NCBI GenBank assembly: GCA_028534125.1
Contig: CM052832.1
Location: 7,070,001-7,134,000 of the forward strand
Source of the DNA: Lama glama
Taxonomy: Eukaryota
DNA: 64,000 nt
Reading direction: 5' to 3'
Shown piece by piece: positions 46,881 to 60,209 of the stretch. Each line of letters opens with the position of its first letter. The stretch's first letter is position 1. The notes below the pieces were generated by a model. The model saw nothing but the letters and a program-made list of their open reading frames with translations. It did no database searches and was not told the DNA's origin. The translations under genes were made by a program, and so were the position numbers.

Positions 46881-48659
46881 GGTGTTTTCACTGAATGTCA
46901 GTTAGGAGGAACTTCTGCCATTGTTTGGATGAGCTGCGTAAGATGTGGAGATGGAGCCAGTGAAAGAAAGGGACTTGTGGTTTGGTGGCACAGCTGAGAA
47001 CAAAACAGAGAACAGAGGAAAAGGACAGAGTCTCTTCTCCCCTGGGCAGCTATTCAGTCACGGAGCAAATGTGTACCCAGGGTCCGCTGCATGCCAGGGG
47101 CTGCACTAGGCACTGGAGACACGGCTGAAGCAGACAGGGCCCCTATCCCTGCAGGAGCAGATAGGCCATCGGCTTTCATGTTGCCCCTCAGTGGGTACCA
47201 AAGCCCATCTGGTGGAACAGAGAGGGGCAGAAATCCAAAAGAGCTGCATAGCAGATGCCCACCAGCTGTTTAGTTAGCACAGGTTTGCTCATAAAGCTTG
47301 AAGCCTCACCCTCGAAAGGGGTACCAGAGCCTGGCGTGTGAACCAGAGCCGCCCATCAGTTCAGTCCAGACTTTCCACCACTGGCATTTTTCCCCCCATA
47401 GTTACCCACTGTCGCCCTCACACATCCAACCATTTGGGGGAGCTGCTCCTTCTTGGGGAGGGTGGGGAGATGAGGTTTAACTAAATTTCAGAGATTCTGG
47501 TGCCTGTTCCCGTCCTAGAAATATCTTTGCAAAAGTCAGTTTGGAAAAAGTAGACATAACTAATAAGCATCTGAGAAGTCTTCATTCTCTCTCGAAAGGA
47601 AAGACTTGCCAAGGAAAAGAAGAATGAATTAGGAATTGAAATAATTATGAATTACGAGTAATGAATTGCTATTTTTCACTTGTAAAATTTTCAAAGTTAG
47701 ACCGCCTGGAGAGAGGCACCCTAATCGATTGTTTGGCGCTGAGTAGACGGGGACATCCTCTCTGGAAAACAATTTAGAAATACGTGCACCTATTCAGTGA
47801 GAAAAGGAAATTGCCAACCGTGAGTTCAGCTGCTTATAGAAAAATGTGTAAAATCAAGATTGGGAGAAAAGACATGAGATATCAGGCCTAGGTGGGGCTA
47901 TAATTTTCAAAGTTCCTGCAGTGGCCAGGCTCTGACATGCCTTCCCTTGTCACTGACCTTCAGCAGGAAGTGACTGCTTCCTGCCAAGCCCGTAGGTCAA
48001 GGTTTCTGAAAACCTTCTGTTCGATCTTATTGCTGAATCAGGCTGAATCATTTCTTGGCTGGTAACTACGCACCTTGAAAGGCTGACTTTTTTATCTTCC
48101 TTACACCCACTTGGCATTTCCCATCACCACCTCTTATGCCCACCGGCCCGGGGCGTACGTTTTCTCTGGGGGATGCTCTGGGGATGCCTGCGGAAGAGGT
48201 GAGGTGTGCAGCTGTTTATGGGAACCTGAGACTCATTTGCAAAGAAGCCCTGCAGAGCATCCCCTAAAACTTGCTCCTCCTACTTGCTTCCCCTGCTCAG
48301 TAAGTGACATTTCACTTGTTCAGCTAGACACCCAGGACTAACCCTTGACCCTCTCTTTCCCTCCCCTTGCCCCCCATCCAGTCTGCCTTTAAACTATACC
48401 CAGCATCTGACCAGTTCTCACTGTCTCCAGGTAGTGGCCCAGCTACTGGTAGCTGAGCTAAGACCAGAAAACAGATCTGAGTTCCAAGTCAGTGTTTCCT
48501 CTGCCACACCCAAAACTTACTCGATTTGAATGAATCATTCAGCGCTCTCCCCTGGCTCGACTGTGTCTCCCCAGCCCTCCTGGCCACCCTCCACCATCTG
48601 CCCAGAAAAACTGTTTGCTGAGTCCTAGCCTCTCTTTTCATGTATATTAGATAATAGCT

Positions 48660-49860
48660 ACATTTATTCATGAATTCACTCCACAAATATTTACTGAGCA
48701 CCTACAATAGGCCTAGCAGAATGTTCCATAGTGTACCAAGCCAGACCTAAGCCCTGACCTCATTGTGGGGGCAGAAAATAATCAAATAATTGCATAAACA
48801 AATGTGTAATTGGAAGACTGATACAATCTCCATGCTATAAGCATCTAAAATAAGAGGGTTTGACCTAATCAAGGAAGATTCCCTGAGGAAATGCTGCTGG
48901 AGCAGAGTTCTGAAGGATGAGTTGTTAAGTAGGAAGACAGAAAATGTTGACACATGAGCAAGAGCCTGAGGCAGGAGGGAGTGTTACAAATATGTGGGAC
49001 TCCCAGAGAGAGCCCGTGTGCTGGGAGTGGAGAGAGCCAGGGGAAGGAAGGGTGAGGTGAGATGAAGCTTAAGAAGAGAGTAGGGATCAGGAGATGTATT
49101 GTATGAGAAACACTGCCAGTGTTGCCTAGCATCCATTCTCTTCTTCCTCCTTTTTAGTTGGTCCACAACCAATTAGAATAAAGATTACATTTCCTAGCCT
49201 CTCTTCCAACTAGCTCTAGCCATGTCACTAAATTCTGGGCAGAAAAATGTCCATAGAAGTGCTATGTACAATTCTTCATTCCTGTGCTTGGAGTTTGGTT
49301 GCAATGGCTGGCACTCAAGCAGCCCTATTGGATGGTGAGGTGGAAACCATATGCTAAGGATAATAAAGCAGAGAACTGAGTCTCTGATAATTTTGAGGAA
49401 CGGCTCTGCCAATCCTAGCTGGTTCAACTGAAGACTTTTCATATGAGAAAATAAAATCTTATTTATTCAACCCCTGTTAAGTTGGGTTTTCTGCCACTTG
49501 CAGCCAAACCGAATCCTGATACACGTGGTCTTGTTGGGGGCTTTTGCCATTATCCTAAAAGCAACGGAAAGCTTTGGAAATGTTTAAACATAAGGGGGTG
49601 TGAGTGTGTGTGATACGATCGGTTTTGTATTTTGAAAACTTCACCTGGCTGCGTTGGGCAGGAAGTAGACAGAGTAGGTGCCAGAGACACAAGTTAGGAG
49701 GCTGCGGTTGCAGGTGAGAAATTACAAAATGAGAGTGGCTTTTGCTAGGGTGGTAGCCAGAGAGACAGAGAGATAAGCAGATTCTGAAGACAGCTAGGGT
49801 GCAGAAACGTTAGAATTTACTATCCACGGGGATGCGAGGAAGCAGAAGGTGAAGAAAAAG
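48660..49860 (-). mobile_element. L2 LINE 3' region split by an MLT1J-like LTR
   Basis: Begins attcactccacaaatatttactgagcacctac, and the L2 body resumes after 49523 (aaagcaacggaaagctttggaaatgtttaa...cttcacctggctgc). Confidence 0.75.
49108..49523 (+). mobile_element. MaLR LTR (MLT1J-like) nested in L2
   Basis: catccattctcttcttcctcc...gattacatttcctagcctctctt...gttgggttttctgccacttgcagccaaaccgaatcctgataca. Confidence 0.8.
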
Positions 49861-52800
49861 AGACATCAGAGAAATGGGCGCCCTCCTGGCTGCTGCTTCA
49901 GTGCAAGGTTCCAGAAATTCGGGCTCCACAAGGGGAACTTTCCCTTTCTTGTTCTCTGGAGTCTGGGTGGCCCCTTCCCACGCCCAGCCCTCCAGCATAG
50001 CTCAGCTCTGACACACCTCACCAGAGGCAGCCCGTGGGAACATCTTCCCAGGAGCCTGGAGGGAGGAGAAACTGGGTAGCCTTGGGCAGGGAACCAGAGA
50101 GGCAGAAGCCTGTGGGAGGAGGATGAAACCTGTCTGGGAGAGAAGCAGCGTCCCTCAGCCCAGCAGCCGGGCCCTGGCCTTTGATGGTTCAGACTTGGCC
50201 AGGCCGCTGACTGCTTCCTTCAGAACCCCCGGCACACAAAAGGGAGGGTGCGTGTCTGGTGAACTCAGCCCAATAATATTCACTCCTTTTATTTTCCACA
50301 AACGTCATGAGACCCACAGGGCAATCTTCTGGTTTTAAGACCTGGTGAGTCAAGCCGACAAATGCCTCTGACTCAATCTGATCCCCGTTCTCACCAGGCA
50401 TCTCCCAGGAACGTGGCTCAGCAGGAGAGCCGGGGCGGGTCAGCCGGCTGGGGAGAGGAGGGCTGGAGTCTCCGGAGCGGTGACAGAGACTGGCTGGCTG
50501 CAGTGCAGGCGACAGGCTTCCTGACTTGCCACTGACCATGCTCCCAGTAAGGGCCAACATTGCCCCGGGGCTCACTATCCCCTCAGACATCTGCGCAGCT
50601 CTCTCTGTCACCACCTTCAGCCTTTGCTCAAAGTCACCTTCTCAAGGGGCCTTTTCTGGACACCCTAGTTGAAAGTACTAGCCCCGCCCTCCCACATCAG
50701 CTTTCTGTCCCCCTTGCCCTGTCCAAAAGACACTGTCCCCGCCCCACTCATACATACTCTGGGTCAGTCCAGGTGGAGGGGGTTGCACGTGCAAATGCAT
50801 GAGGCTTGGCGATGGTGGCCAGAAAGACAATTGGAAACAGCCTGAGTGCAGGGTGCCGGGGCCTGGAGACATGCATGCAATGACTTACAAGGTAACAAGG
50901 ACAGAGGGCGGAGGGGCTTGTCTGCTAAGCTAAGGAATGTGAACTTGAGCCGGCAGAGGGGAGCCACTGAAGGGTTTTAAGTAGGAGAGTGAGAGATTTG
51001 ATTTGCATTTTTAAAAGATTACTCTGGCAGCTGGCCTCTGCCTCTTGGAGGCTGAACTGAGGGGGCGAGGCTGAAGGCAAGAAGACTAAATGTACAAGTC
51101 ACATCTTGGCCATTCAAGGAGCTAAAATGATATTACAGCAGAAAGAAACACAGGCGCAAAGTCCAGCCAACCGGTATTAGAAGCAATTTTTTTTTCTAGG
51201 AATAGATTGAATTTCAGCAAAAAGAAACGTTCCTGCCACCCCTGACGGACACTGCTGTGAAGGTTGGCTTCTGCCCTGCTTCAAGTTGGCCACCCTGGGT
51301 CTTTCGTGCATCACCATTCAATGCAAGCAAGCGTGGGTTTTATGGGATTGTTTGTGAAACCCCGAGCCAAGCTTTCTACTCACTCAGGCAGGGCTGAGTT
51401 TGCCAGTTTCTAAATTTGCTGGTTTTTACGTATAGGGTGTGCGGGGTCTCCCTCTATGTCTTTATGTGCACACCCATTTGGAAAGCAACGTGTGTGACTA
51501 TATATAATATCTCTATGTAATTTTTTTAAAGAGATGTTTGTACAACCTGTATATTCCTTGGCATGAATCTGTTTGTAGGATGGAGAAAGGGAGGGACAGA
51601 ATGAAAAAGCTCTTCCCACACCATAACCATAGCTTTGGCTCACGAAGAAAAATTCAAAATAGATTATGTTCCCTAGCAATGCCTCCAGGGTTGAACGATT
51701 TCCAAATCCACCCATTTAATCCTTCCTCCTGGAAGGGCACTCACCTTTGAACTTCATTTTTTTTAAGCTATCATTAAAAAAAAAATAACAATAACACGGC
51801 ACAGACCAGACCTGGCTGCAGCCCAGGCTCTCTGCCCACTTCCCACCGGCCCCCCAGCCCTCAACAAGAGAGCTATCCAAAGGGGCCATCTCACTTGTTA
51901 AACAAAGTTTAAAAGCGGGCTGCTTGATGAACGTGATGGGAAGAGCCAGGCTGTAAAAGACGGCATTTGGGCTTTAACAAGGCCAGGAGCCCAGAGCGGA
52001 GCCAGCTGGGTAGTCTGAACCAACCCAAGAATATTAGAACCCAGGGTCACACGGAGTTGGGACGCCACCAGGAATGTGGGAGGAGAGACAGACTGGCGGG
52101 GGGCTGGGGATCACTGGAGCCCCACACTGCTGGCTCCTTGGTGCAAGTCAACAGGCGGAGGGAGAGGCCAGGACAGCTGGACGGGAGCAGGGTGATGCCC
52201 ACCACGCGGGGCTCACCTGGACCCTCCGTGCACGTCACGGCTCCAGGGCCCCTGGGGTGGGGCAGGTGGACACATCTGTCCTGGCAGCAGCTCAGCAGGG
52301 AACAGCACCTCAGGGAAGATGCTCCCCTGGCTTATCGTGTCCCCCCGCCAAGCTGTTGCCCCACTGGGTGTAAGGAAGCAGCAGCGGGGCATCCCACCTG
52401 GAGAGGAGGAAGGGGAATTGTCCCACTTCCCAGGGCCATAAGCAGCAAGGTTCTCGACAAAGGTGTGCCCCACATCAGTGGCAGAGCAGAGGAAAGGGCT
52501 CAGCGTCCTCCAAGACCCTCTGTTGTCCTCCAGAACAAAGTGGCCATGCGCAGCTCTGGACCACAAGCTCAGTGAACACCTATGAAGCGAATTACCCTGT
52601 TTCTCTCAGCATTCCATGCAGCCCTGGGAGCAGAGCCTGGCTCTTAACATCTGCTGCCTCTGGTGTCTGTTGCCACCTGTGACCACAGTCTTCCCCCGCC
52701 CCTGCACTTAGAAGCAAATGATCCTAAGAGATGACGGGGCCATGAGTTCCCTGGCTGCCCCATCGCGGTGCTTTTTGTACCCAGTCCTTTCTGTTGAGAA

Positions 52801-53970
52801 TTCGGAGTTTAGACCACCCCGCCGTGCCACTGTGTCTCTCCCCAGGAAGGCTGTTCTAATTTGGTCCCAGCTTTCCCTTTTCTTCATTTCATGCCATCTC
52901 TCCTAATGATAACCCTTTGTGCCAGGCTCAATTACACACAAAGCTCAAATGAGCAGCCCCAACTCTAAACTTGGCCCCGTCTGTTGGAAAGGGGAGGGCT
53001 TAGGCATCCTGCTTGGCCCAGAAGGAAAGATGCTGTGACCCGACGGGAAACAACGCCAAGGAGAGGGCGAAAACAAGAAAGAAAAAAGAAAGAAAGAAAG
53101 AAAAAAAAAACCTTTGGCAAAAATAAATTGAGAATGAAGAAACAGACCAGTGCTGGCTGCCCCGGGGCACCGGGGCCCGAGGTGGGTGCTGCACCTTCAG
53201 CCAGGCCTGTTAGGACCCTGCCCTGTCCCGGGCATGCAGAAGCAACAGAAATGCTTTGATTTTTTTCCTTTTTAAAAACGTCCTCCAGCCCGACCCTACC
53301 TACGCTCTCCCTGCAGGGTCAGCAGAGGGTGAAATGAGAGCATTCGCCCGGAATTTCCTGACTCCTGTGAATTTTTCTCAGGATTTGGCCGTGAGTCAAC
53401 GTGAGGCACTGTGACACACGGTGTGACTTGCAGTACTCACCACCCCCTACCCCAACCCCTTCTGGAAACCCCATGTAAAGCATCTCCTGGCTGTGTAACT
53501 GAGGACGAAAATCCATAAGGGCCCCCACCGTATTCTCTGGTAGTACAGAAAGATCGGCTTTGGTACAGTTGACTTCCGTCGCAGGATTAAGCTCTCTTGT
53601 TCGACGTTTATTAGTCTTTATGTTTGGGTATTTAGAGAATAGGGGGGGAGTGAGAAGAGGTGCAGGGGAGAGAGGGGAGAGTGCTTAGAATGTCCCCAGA
53701 AGGGTCCAAGTGAACCAGACTAGGTAGGCAGGTAGATTTATCGGTTCAACTTCATTGATGTTGACAACCAATCTGATAGAGCCAAACAAAGCAAATTAGA
53801 TGTAATTTCGTGTGTGAATTATCTGACTGCCAGGACTGGATATCACCTGCCAGAGGAGACCAGCTACCACCAGTCTCTGCTAGTGATGGTTTACAACTAC
53901 CCCCCAAGAGGTTGCAGGGAAGTGCTGGGGTCAATGACATCTTTCAAGAGATCCTGGAATTAAAACAAAG

Positions 53971-54385
53971 GGAATATTACTCAGCCATAAAAAAGAATGA
54001 AAATTTGCCATTTGTGGCAACATGGATGGACTTCGAGGCTATTATGCTTAGTGAAATAAGTCAGATACGTGGAATCCAAAAAAGTATATAAATGAGTGTG
54101 TACACAAAATAGAAACAGACTCACAGATATAGAAAACAAACTTGTGGTTACCAAAGGGGAGAGTGAAGTGGGGAGGGACAAATTAGGGGTATGAGATTAA
54201 GAAAAACCAACTCCCTTGTATAAACTAGATAAGAAAAAAGGACATATTAGGCAGCACAGGGAATTACAGCCATTATCTTTGTAGTAACTTATAATGGGCC
54301 ATAAGCTATAAAAATTCTGAATCACTATGCTTTATACCTGAAACTAATATAATATTGTAAATCAACTCTACTTTAACTAATTACT
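53971..54385 (+). mobile_element. L1 3' end with a degenerate target-site duplication
   Basis: EYYSAIKKNE.LPFVATWMD.E.IMLSEISQ (end of ORF2) plus the 3' UTR, flanked by taaaacaaaggga / taatacgaaggga. Confidence 0.92.
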
Positions 54386-57300
54386 TAATACGAAGGGAGT
54401 GTTAAAACGAGATTGCTAAATGTTTTTGGAGCCTGGCCTTACTCATATTGGGAAGCATTTTGCAAACTGCCCTCCGCTGTGCAAACAGCAAGGAATCACC
54501 ATCCTTAGGGCATATTAACACACCACCCTGCGACAAAAGAGGATGAAGTCCTTTTAGAAGTAGAGCAGAGAATTTCCAACAGCCTAGTGAGTTTAGAGGG
54601 GAGTGTTTTCATGTCTCTCCTTCAAATGCAAAAAGTGAAGGGCAGACACCAAGTGAGTTACGCAGACATGGAGGAAAATGAGGTACCTCGTGCCCTAAAG
54701 TCACATGTAGCCCCTTCCCCTCCTCCTAGCCCACGACCCCCCGGGAAGAGCCGCACCTCCTGGGCTGCAGGACGCCAGCCAAGCTGGGGAAGGGGAATCC
54801 CAGCCTGCAGGGAAAGCCCTCGGAGCTCGTACGCCGTCTGCCACTCTGGGGTCAACGCAAGGTGAATACTTTCGGGGGATCTTTCAACCAAGGCGAAGAA
54901 GGTCATTTTCCTCTTCTCTGTCTCCCTTTCTCCTCCCCCAGCCCCCTCCCTTCCCTTTCTGTCTTCTCTCCACCATCATAAGAGACAACTCTGCACTTTT
55001 CTTCCGCCTTCTGGAAAAAAAACATTTTTCCTGAATTGCTGCATTTTCACTGACTTGTGAAGGCAAAACAAGAGAATGAAATGAGGCCATTGGGTAAGAA
55101 GGAATCAAATCTTAGTGAACTACGATTTTTAAATTTAAAATAATTTTATAGCATATTGTAGATTTTTATTTTATCTATTTGCTTTAAAATTATTTTGTTA
55201 TACTTTTAAATACACATATATATATATATTTTTTTTTTAATTAACAGAAGCTTTCCTTTCCCTAGCCGACCGCCAGCTTCTGCGGCTGGCGTGCTGAGCT
55301 GCGGGCCCCGCGGGCAGTCTGGGAGCCGGGATCTCCCTGAGCCCCGGGCAGGCCTCTCTTAGTGGCGGGCCCTGGAAACGTTTCTTTCAAACTCTCCGGG
55401 CTGTGGTTCCCCATATAGAAAATGAGCAAAACAACGCTCTTCGCTCCCACGGGTGGGCGATGAGGTGGAATCACCGCAAAGGTGCCAAGTGTTTTAAGGC
55501 CCTTGGATTAAAGAAGTTACAGGAGAGAAGAAAATTCCAGCGTGGAATTCTGCTCGGTCATCAGGTGTCCCGTGCCTGGCCTCCCTCCCCCGTGCCTTAC
55601 ATGACTTGGAACAAAGACCGTGAGCTATGAGGTCTTCAGAAAGCCTTTAAGTAATTTCTTGGCCTGCTCTTCTTTACCTTTTAATAAATTCTATTTCTAC
55701 CTCTGCTTTTTTTTTTTTTTCCTTCTGGCTGCAGCCAAAACCTTCTCCATCCCAGTGTGGATTATCGGACGAGGAGCCGGCTGCTTGGACACGGGCCCTC
55801 TCCCCAAGGCTATTTCCTGTCTCCCGTTTCGTCCCTGCCTCTCCTTCGCCTGTGTTCCCCATTGCACCCACAGTTTTTAACACACCGTTACCTCTTAATG
55901 ACTTACAACAAATTCGACTCTGAACCCTGGACTGTAAAATCCACTTTGCCTCTCAGGCTGGTGCTTCACTGAAACTGAGCCTAGAGCCTCCTTGGGGGTG
56001 TGGGTCCCTAGGTGGTGACAGAGCAGGGTCCTGCTGTCCCCAAGGAGGCGCCTCCCGGCTCAGGGCTTCCTGACATCAGCGTCCCATGTGGAAAGCGGGC
56101 AGACACCCAGGCAGCTGCTGGAGCGGCCGTGAGATAGCGGCCGAGAATGCCCCTCGCTCGGCCACAGCTGTGTCCCTCAACAGGTGCTGCCCCGCCGCCG
56201 GGCACACCTGCTTGTGTCACACTCTTCTGCGGGCACACAGAACACCCCAGATCAGGGACGCAGAAGTGGGCTCTCTCCACCCCTCTCCCCACCAGTCCTG
56301 AGGCCACAAAGACTGCGGGCACAGGCCCGTCCAGAGGTGACAAAGCCCCCAGAGCCACGTTTCCTCTGCCCTCCACCCTCCTCGGGGGACAAATGAGACA
56401 AATGAGAGCAACTCCTCAAGTGAGAGGCACCCCCCACCCCCTGCCCCACCTCACTGCAGGGGAGGGAGTGTCCCAAGAAGGTACTGCTGGCCCTTTACTG
56501 GCTGGCTCCGAGCAGGGCCCCAGCCGCTGGAGCTTGGGGATGGGACAGAACCAAGCAACTTCCTCCTGCCCCAGCGCCCCCTCTGTCACTTCTTCCTGCC
56601 TTTCCCTCCTCCACCTGCCCCTCCTCAGCCCCGCCAACCGCCAACCATGACTCTCCTCTTCCACTGGGCTCTGCTCCCTCTCCAGTTCGCCCAAGCCTCT
56701 CACCGGCCAGAAACCCACCCTCGTCTCAGGGAGAGTTGTTATCTTGGGGGGGAGGGTGTTGCCTCTTCAACAAGACAAAGAGTAGGGACCGTGCCAGCTA
56801 CAGTCACACAGCAACCCCCGCAACACACACACAGACAGTGTTTCACTCATCCCTACAGAAATAAAAACCAAATCAGAAAAGCATCACGTGTTAAATCCTG
56901 TGTGTGTCCATATATATAAGTCTCTCCCAATCCTGTGTGTTTTGGGAAGAAACTTATTTCCTTGGGTCTTCCTTACCTATATTTTACTTTCTTTTACTGT
57001 GTTTTGCTTTACCTGTCCCAGGGCCTGTTAAATGGAGCACCATAAAAATTCAGTTCCACGATCAAGAAATGCTGGTACCTTCTGAGCTGAACAAAGTTTA
57101 AACTTTGTTCCTCCCCAGAGGACTTCTCAGCACCTCAACATTGTAAAGGGCGTGGTGACCATCCACGAGGGGGATGCAGAATTCAGGGTTTTTCTAATTT
57201 ACTTAATCTCAAAAGCCCCTCTGGGGAGGATTATTTCGAGGACCTGACATCCCTTTGGCCAAGACGTCCTCTCTTGAATGATGGACAGCGCCCAGCGCAG

Positions 57301-59234
57301 GATCCTGGACCCGCCAACACTCATTAAAGACCAACGTCCTGCCTTCCTTCAAACCAGAGCAACAGACTGCCTCGTCTTTGTGGCAGGAGGAAGTAGCCCT
57401 CTGGCAAATGAGGGGTTTGCTCTAGTCTTTGCCAGGATGTGCCCGGGTGATGAGGGGACATCCAAAGCCGTTCTCCCCACAACAGGCCCCCAGAAAAAGC
57501 CAGACCCCTCGGTCGTTCACCGTCAGCAATACCAGCCTCAAGACAACACAAGCCCTGCAAAGCCTAGAGAGGGCAGCTCTGCCCCCGGGCTGTGACGGCT
57601 CCTTTAATTACAGCTCTTACCCTCCCTGCGGCCCCCTTCTTGGACCTGGTCTCGCTCCTTTTAGGCCCTTCATTAATCAACTGTCCCCTCCTGGTGCCTG
57701 GGGGGCTCCCTTTGGTGATCCACTGACAAGGCTCTGGGGCCTGTGCCTTGTTCTAGATGTGTCTGATCTGCCCTGTGGCTCGGACGCCCATCCGTGAGCC
57801 CGTGTAGTTTTCCTCAAATCAGCCCACTGGCTTCCCGGGAATGTTGGTGTTGCTTGGAGAGTGGGGGTTTGGCTGGGAGGGGGCACAGTCGGGACCAAGC
57901 CAAGACAGGGACAAGGCTTCTGGAGAAGCCAAACGGGTTTCCATGGGACGCCGACATGGGAACTTTACAGACAGAGCACTTGGCAAAAGGATCTGCAAGG
58001 CCACTGCCATTCACAGCATCACCACCGACGGAGCGCTTACTCCTATCACTTCCTCCCCATGCCCCGACACTGTCCCTACAAAGAAGGGTGGGAAGTGTGT
58101 GTGCATCAGGCAGACGGGATCCTCCAGGACAACCATCAGGGCTTCTGAGACACACCGAGTGCCCACCGGGCCAGCAGTGTCTTGCTCTTCCTTCCATGGG
58201 CGGGAGTACCTGGCGGAGAAGCTGCGCAAGCACAGCTCGGGAGCCACCCCACCCGCTGTGCCCCTCTGCCCATGGACCTTCAGTGTACCCCCCTGTGACA
58301 CGAGCCCAATGGCTCCCTCCTGGCTTGTCTCCCGGGGCCTCAGATCCATGGTGGGGAGAGGGGGAGAGAACTCAGGACTACTTTCTCCTCCATCTCCCCA
58401 AAGCTCTCCATTCTTGCCACTCAGCCTCTCCTCCCCATGGCGATCAAATCCCTCTGGGCCAACACAGGAGGCAACTGGAGACCCAGAGGTCCCACCTCAT
58501 TATTCTAGTTACAGAATGACTTAGGGACCAAAGGCATCATAGAAGACAGCCCCCACCCCACTTCCCTTACCACTCACCCACTCTAGCTATGTCTTGTCTG
58601 CTCTGCAAAACCCTTTCCTGGGATGCTCACAAAGACTGTGGCCAAGCGAGTGTGACTTGACGCTGCAAGATGTCACCCAAGGCAACCACACCTCCATCTT
58701 CCTAACTGGTCCATTTGGAGTGAGAGGGCAGGACCACAGGGAGAGAGACAGAATAGGATGGGTTGATTTCTGCCCCTTCCCACTCCCCCAAGCCAGCCGC
58801 CAGGTCAGTGCTTCCAGTAGCAGATGCCCTGAAGCCCGTTCCCAGCAGAAGTCAAATGGAAGAAGCCCAAGATTGGAAGGTGCCTTTCCCCAGACAGAAG
58901 AGCCCTCTCGGGCACCGAAGTGCCGACAGAGTGCGCAGGATAGGCCCTTCCTGCTCCTGCGGCATCTTTCTCCTCCTCCTGCAACTGACAAAGCCTTCAT
59001 CAGCCCCATCCCAGACTGAGGATTTGGGGAGCAAGTCCCAGCCCTTCACACACCCTCTCCGTTTGCAGGGACCCGCGTGTGCTCATTGTTCGTGGCTTCG
59101 TACTGCCTGCTTCCCTGCCCTGACATCCCAGCAAAACCGCCAGAGCTCACAGCTTGGGGCGGCAAGGGGAAGACTGCAGGAGAACCCCGCGCTCTGATGT
59201 GGGAGGGTTAGAACCCACTAGCCAAGACAGGGGC

Positions 59235-59375
59235 GATGAGGGGGACACAGAAAAGGAGAAGGAAAAAGAAAAGACGAGAGGAGGGGAGGGGAAGGAAGGA
59301 AAGGGAGGGGAAAAAGAAAAGAAAGGAAAGCAAAGGAAAAGAAAAAAGAAAAGAAAAATTAAGAGAAAAGGAGGA
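59235..59375. repeat. Polypurine (GA-rich) low-complexity tract
   Basis: Almost entirely A and G. Confidence 0.85.
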
Positions 59376-59499
59376 ACATTTCGCCATGAAATTACAAATT
59401 TAAAAACGAACTTTCTCTTCCCCAGCAGAGGGATGTGAATGGTGGGTGGCAGGGGTGGGGTGGGGGGAGGTAGGCCACAAAGCAGAGCACATACAAGGA

Positions 59500-59830
59500 G
59501 GTATAAACACAGTCATTTCAGGGCTTGGTGGGGAATGGATGCCGGCGGCCTCTCGCTTCTCCCTGGTGGGTCGGCGCTCATCCCAGGGAGGGAAGCGGCC
59601 ACCCCAGCCCCGGCCCCGCGGCCCGACGGGGCGGCCAGCGTGGAACCACAGCGGCGGCCACACGGGTGGAGGCTCGAGCGGCCCCTCGGGAAGGTCGGGC
59701 CGTTGGTGTGAGCAGCACTTTGATATCCGGCCGCGGAAGGGCGAGTTCTCAAAGCCCCCATTCATGGACCCTACACGCAGGAGCGGCAAACAGGAAAAAA
59801 ATGGTTTCCCCGTCCGCCTAGAAAGGTGGG
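59500..59830. promoter_or_regulatory. Small CpG-island-like element (candidate promoter or enhancer)
   Basis: More than 20 CpGs in ~59540-59750. Motifs include a GC box GGGGCGG (~59628), ATAAACA (FOX-like, 59503), AACCACA (RUNX-like, 59644) and CTTTGAT (TCF/LEF-like, 59718). Confidence 0.5.
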
Positions 59831-59916
59831 TTCCTGTTTATTAACGGAAGACCACATAAAGAATGCAGGGTTACAAATGTTCTTTCTGAGGAACACAGAA
59901 GCTGGTGGTTGGATGT

Positions 59917-59948
<32 letters not shown>

Positions 59949-60209
59949 GAAAAATTCCATCTGGTGACGACCTGGACGTACAGCTGCTGCTGCAGCCCCG
60001 TGCTGGTTGCGGGAAGAACATTTTACGAAAGATGGGGGCCTGTTTCCAGCAGGCAGACGTGCTTTTCACGTGGCTGCTGCAAACAGACATCCTGCTGCAA
60101 GTTCTCGCGGTGGGGGGGGGGTCAGCAGTAGCCCCTGCATCCCCTCTTCTCCCAGCTGACACCCTCTTCTTCCTTCTGAGCTTGGAGCAGTGAAAAATGC
60201 CCAAGGGGA

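Noticed and set aside
57794..58524. ORFs of 241 aa and 227 aa
   Set aside because: Several frames on both strands are open, no domain is recognisable, and the composition fits GC-rich non-coding DNA.
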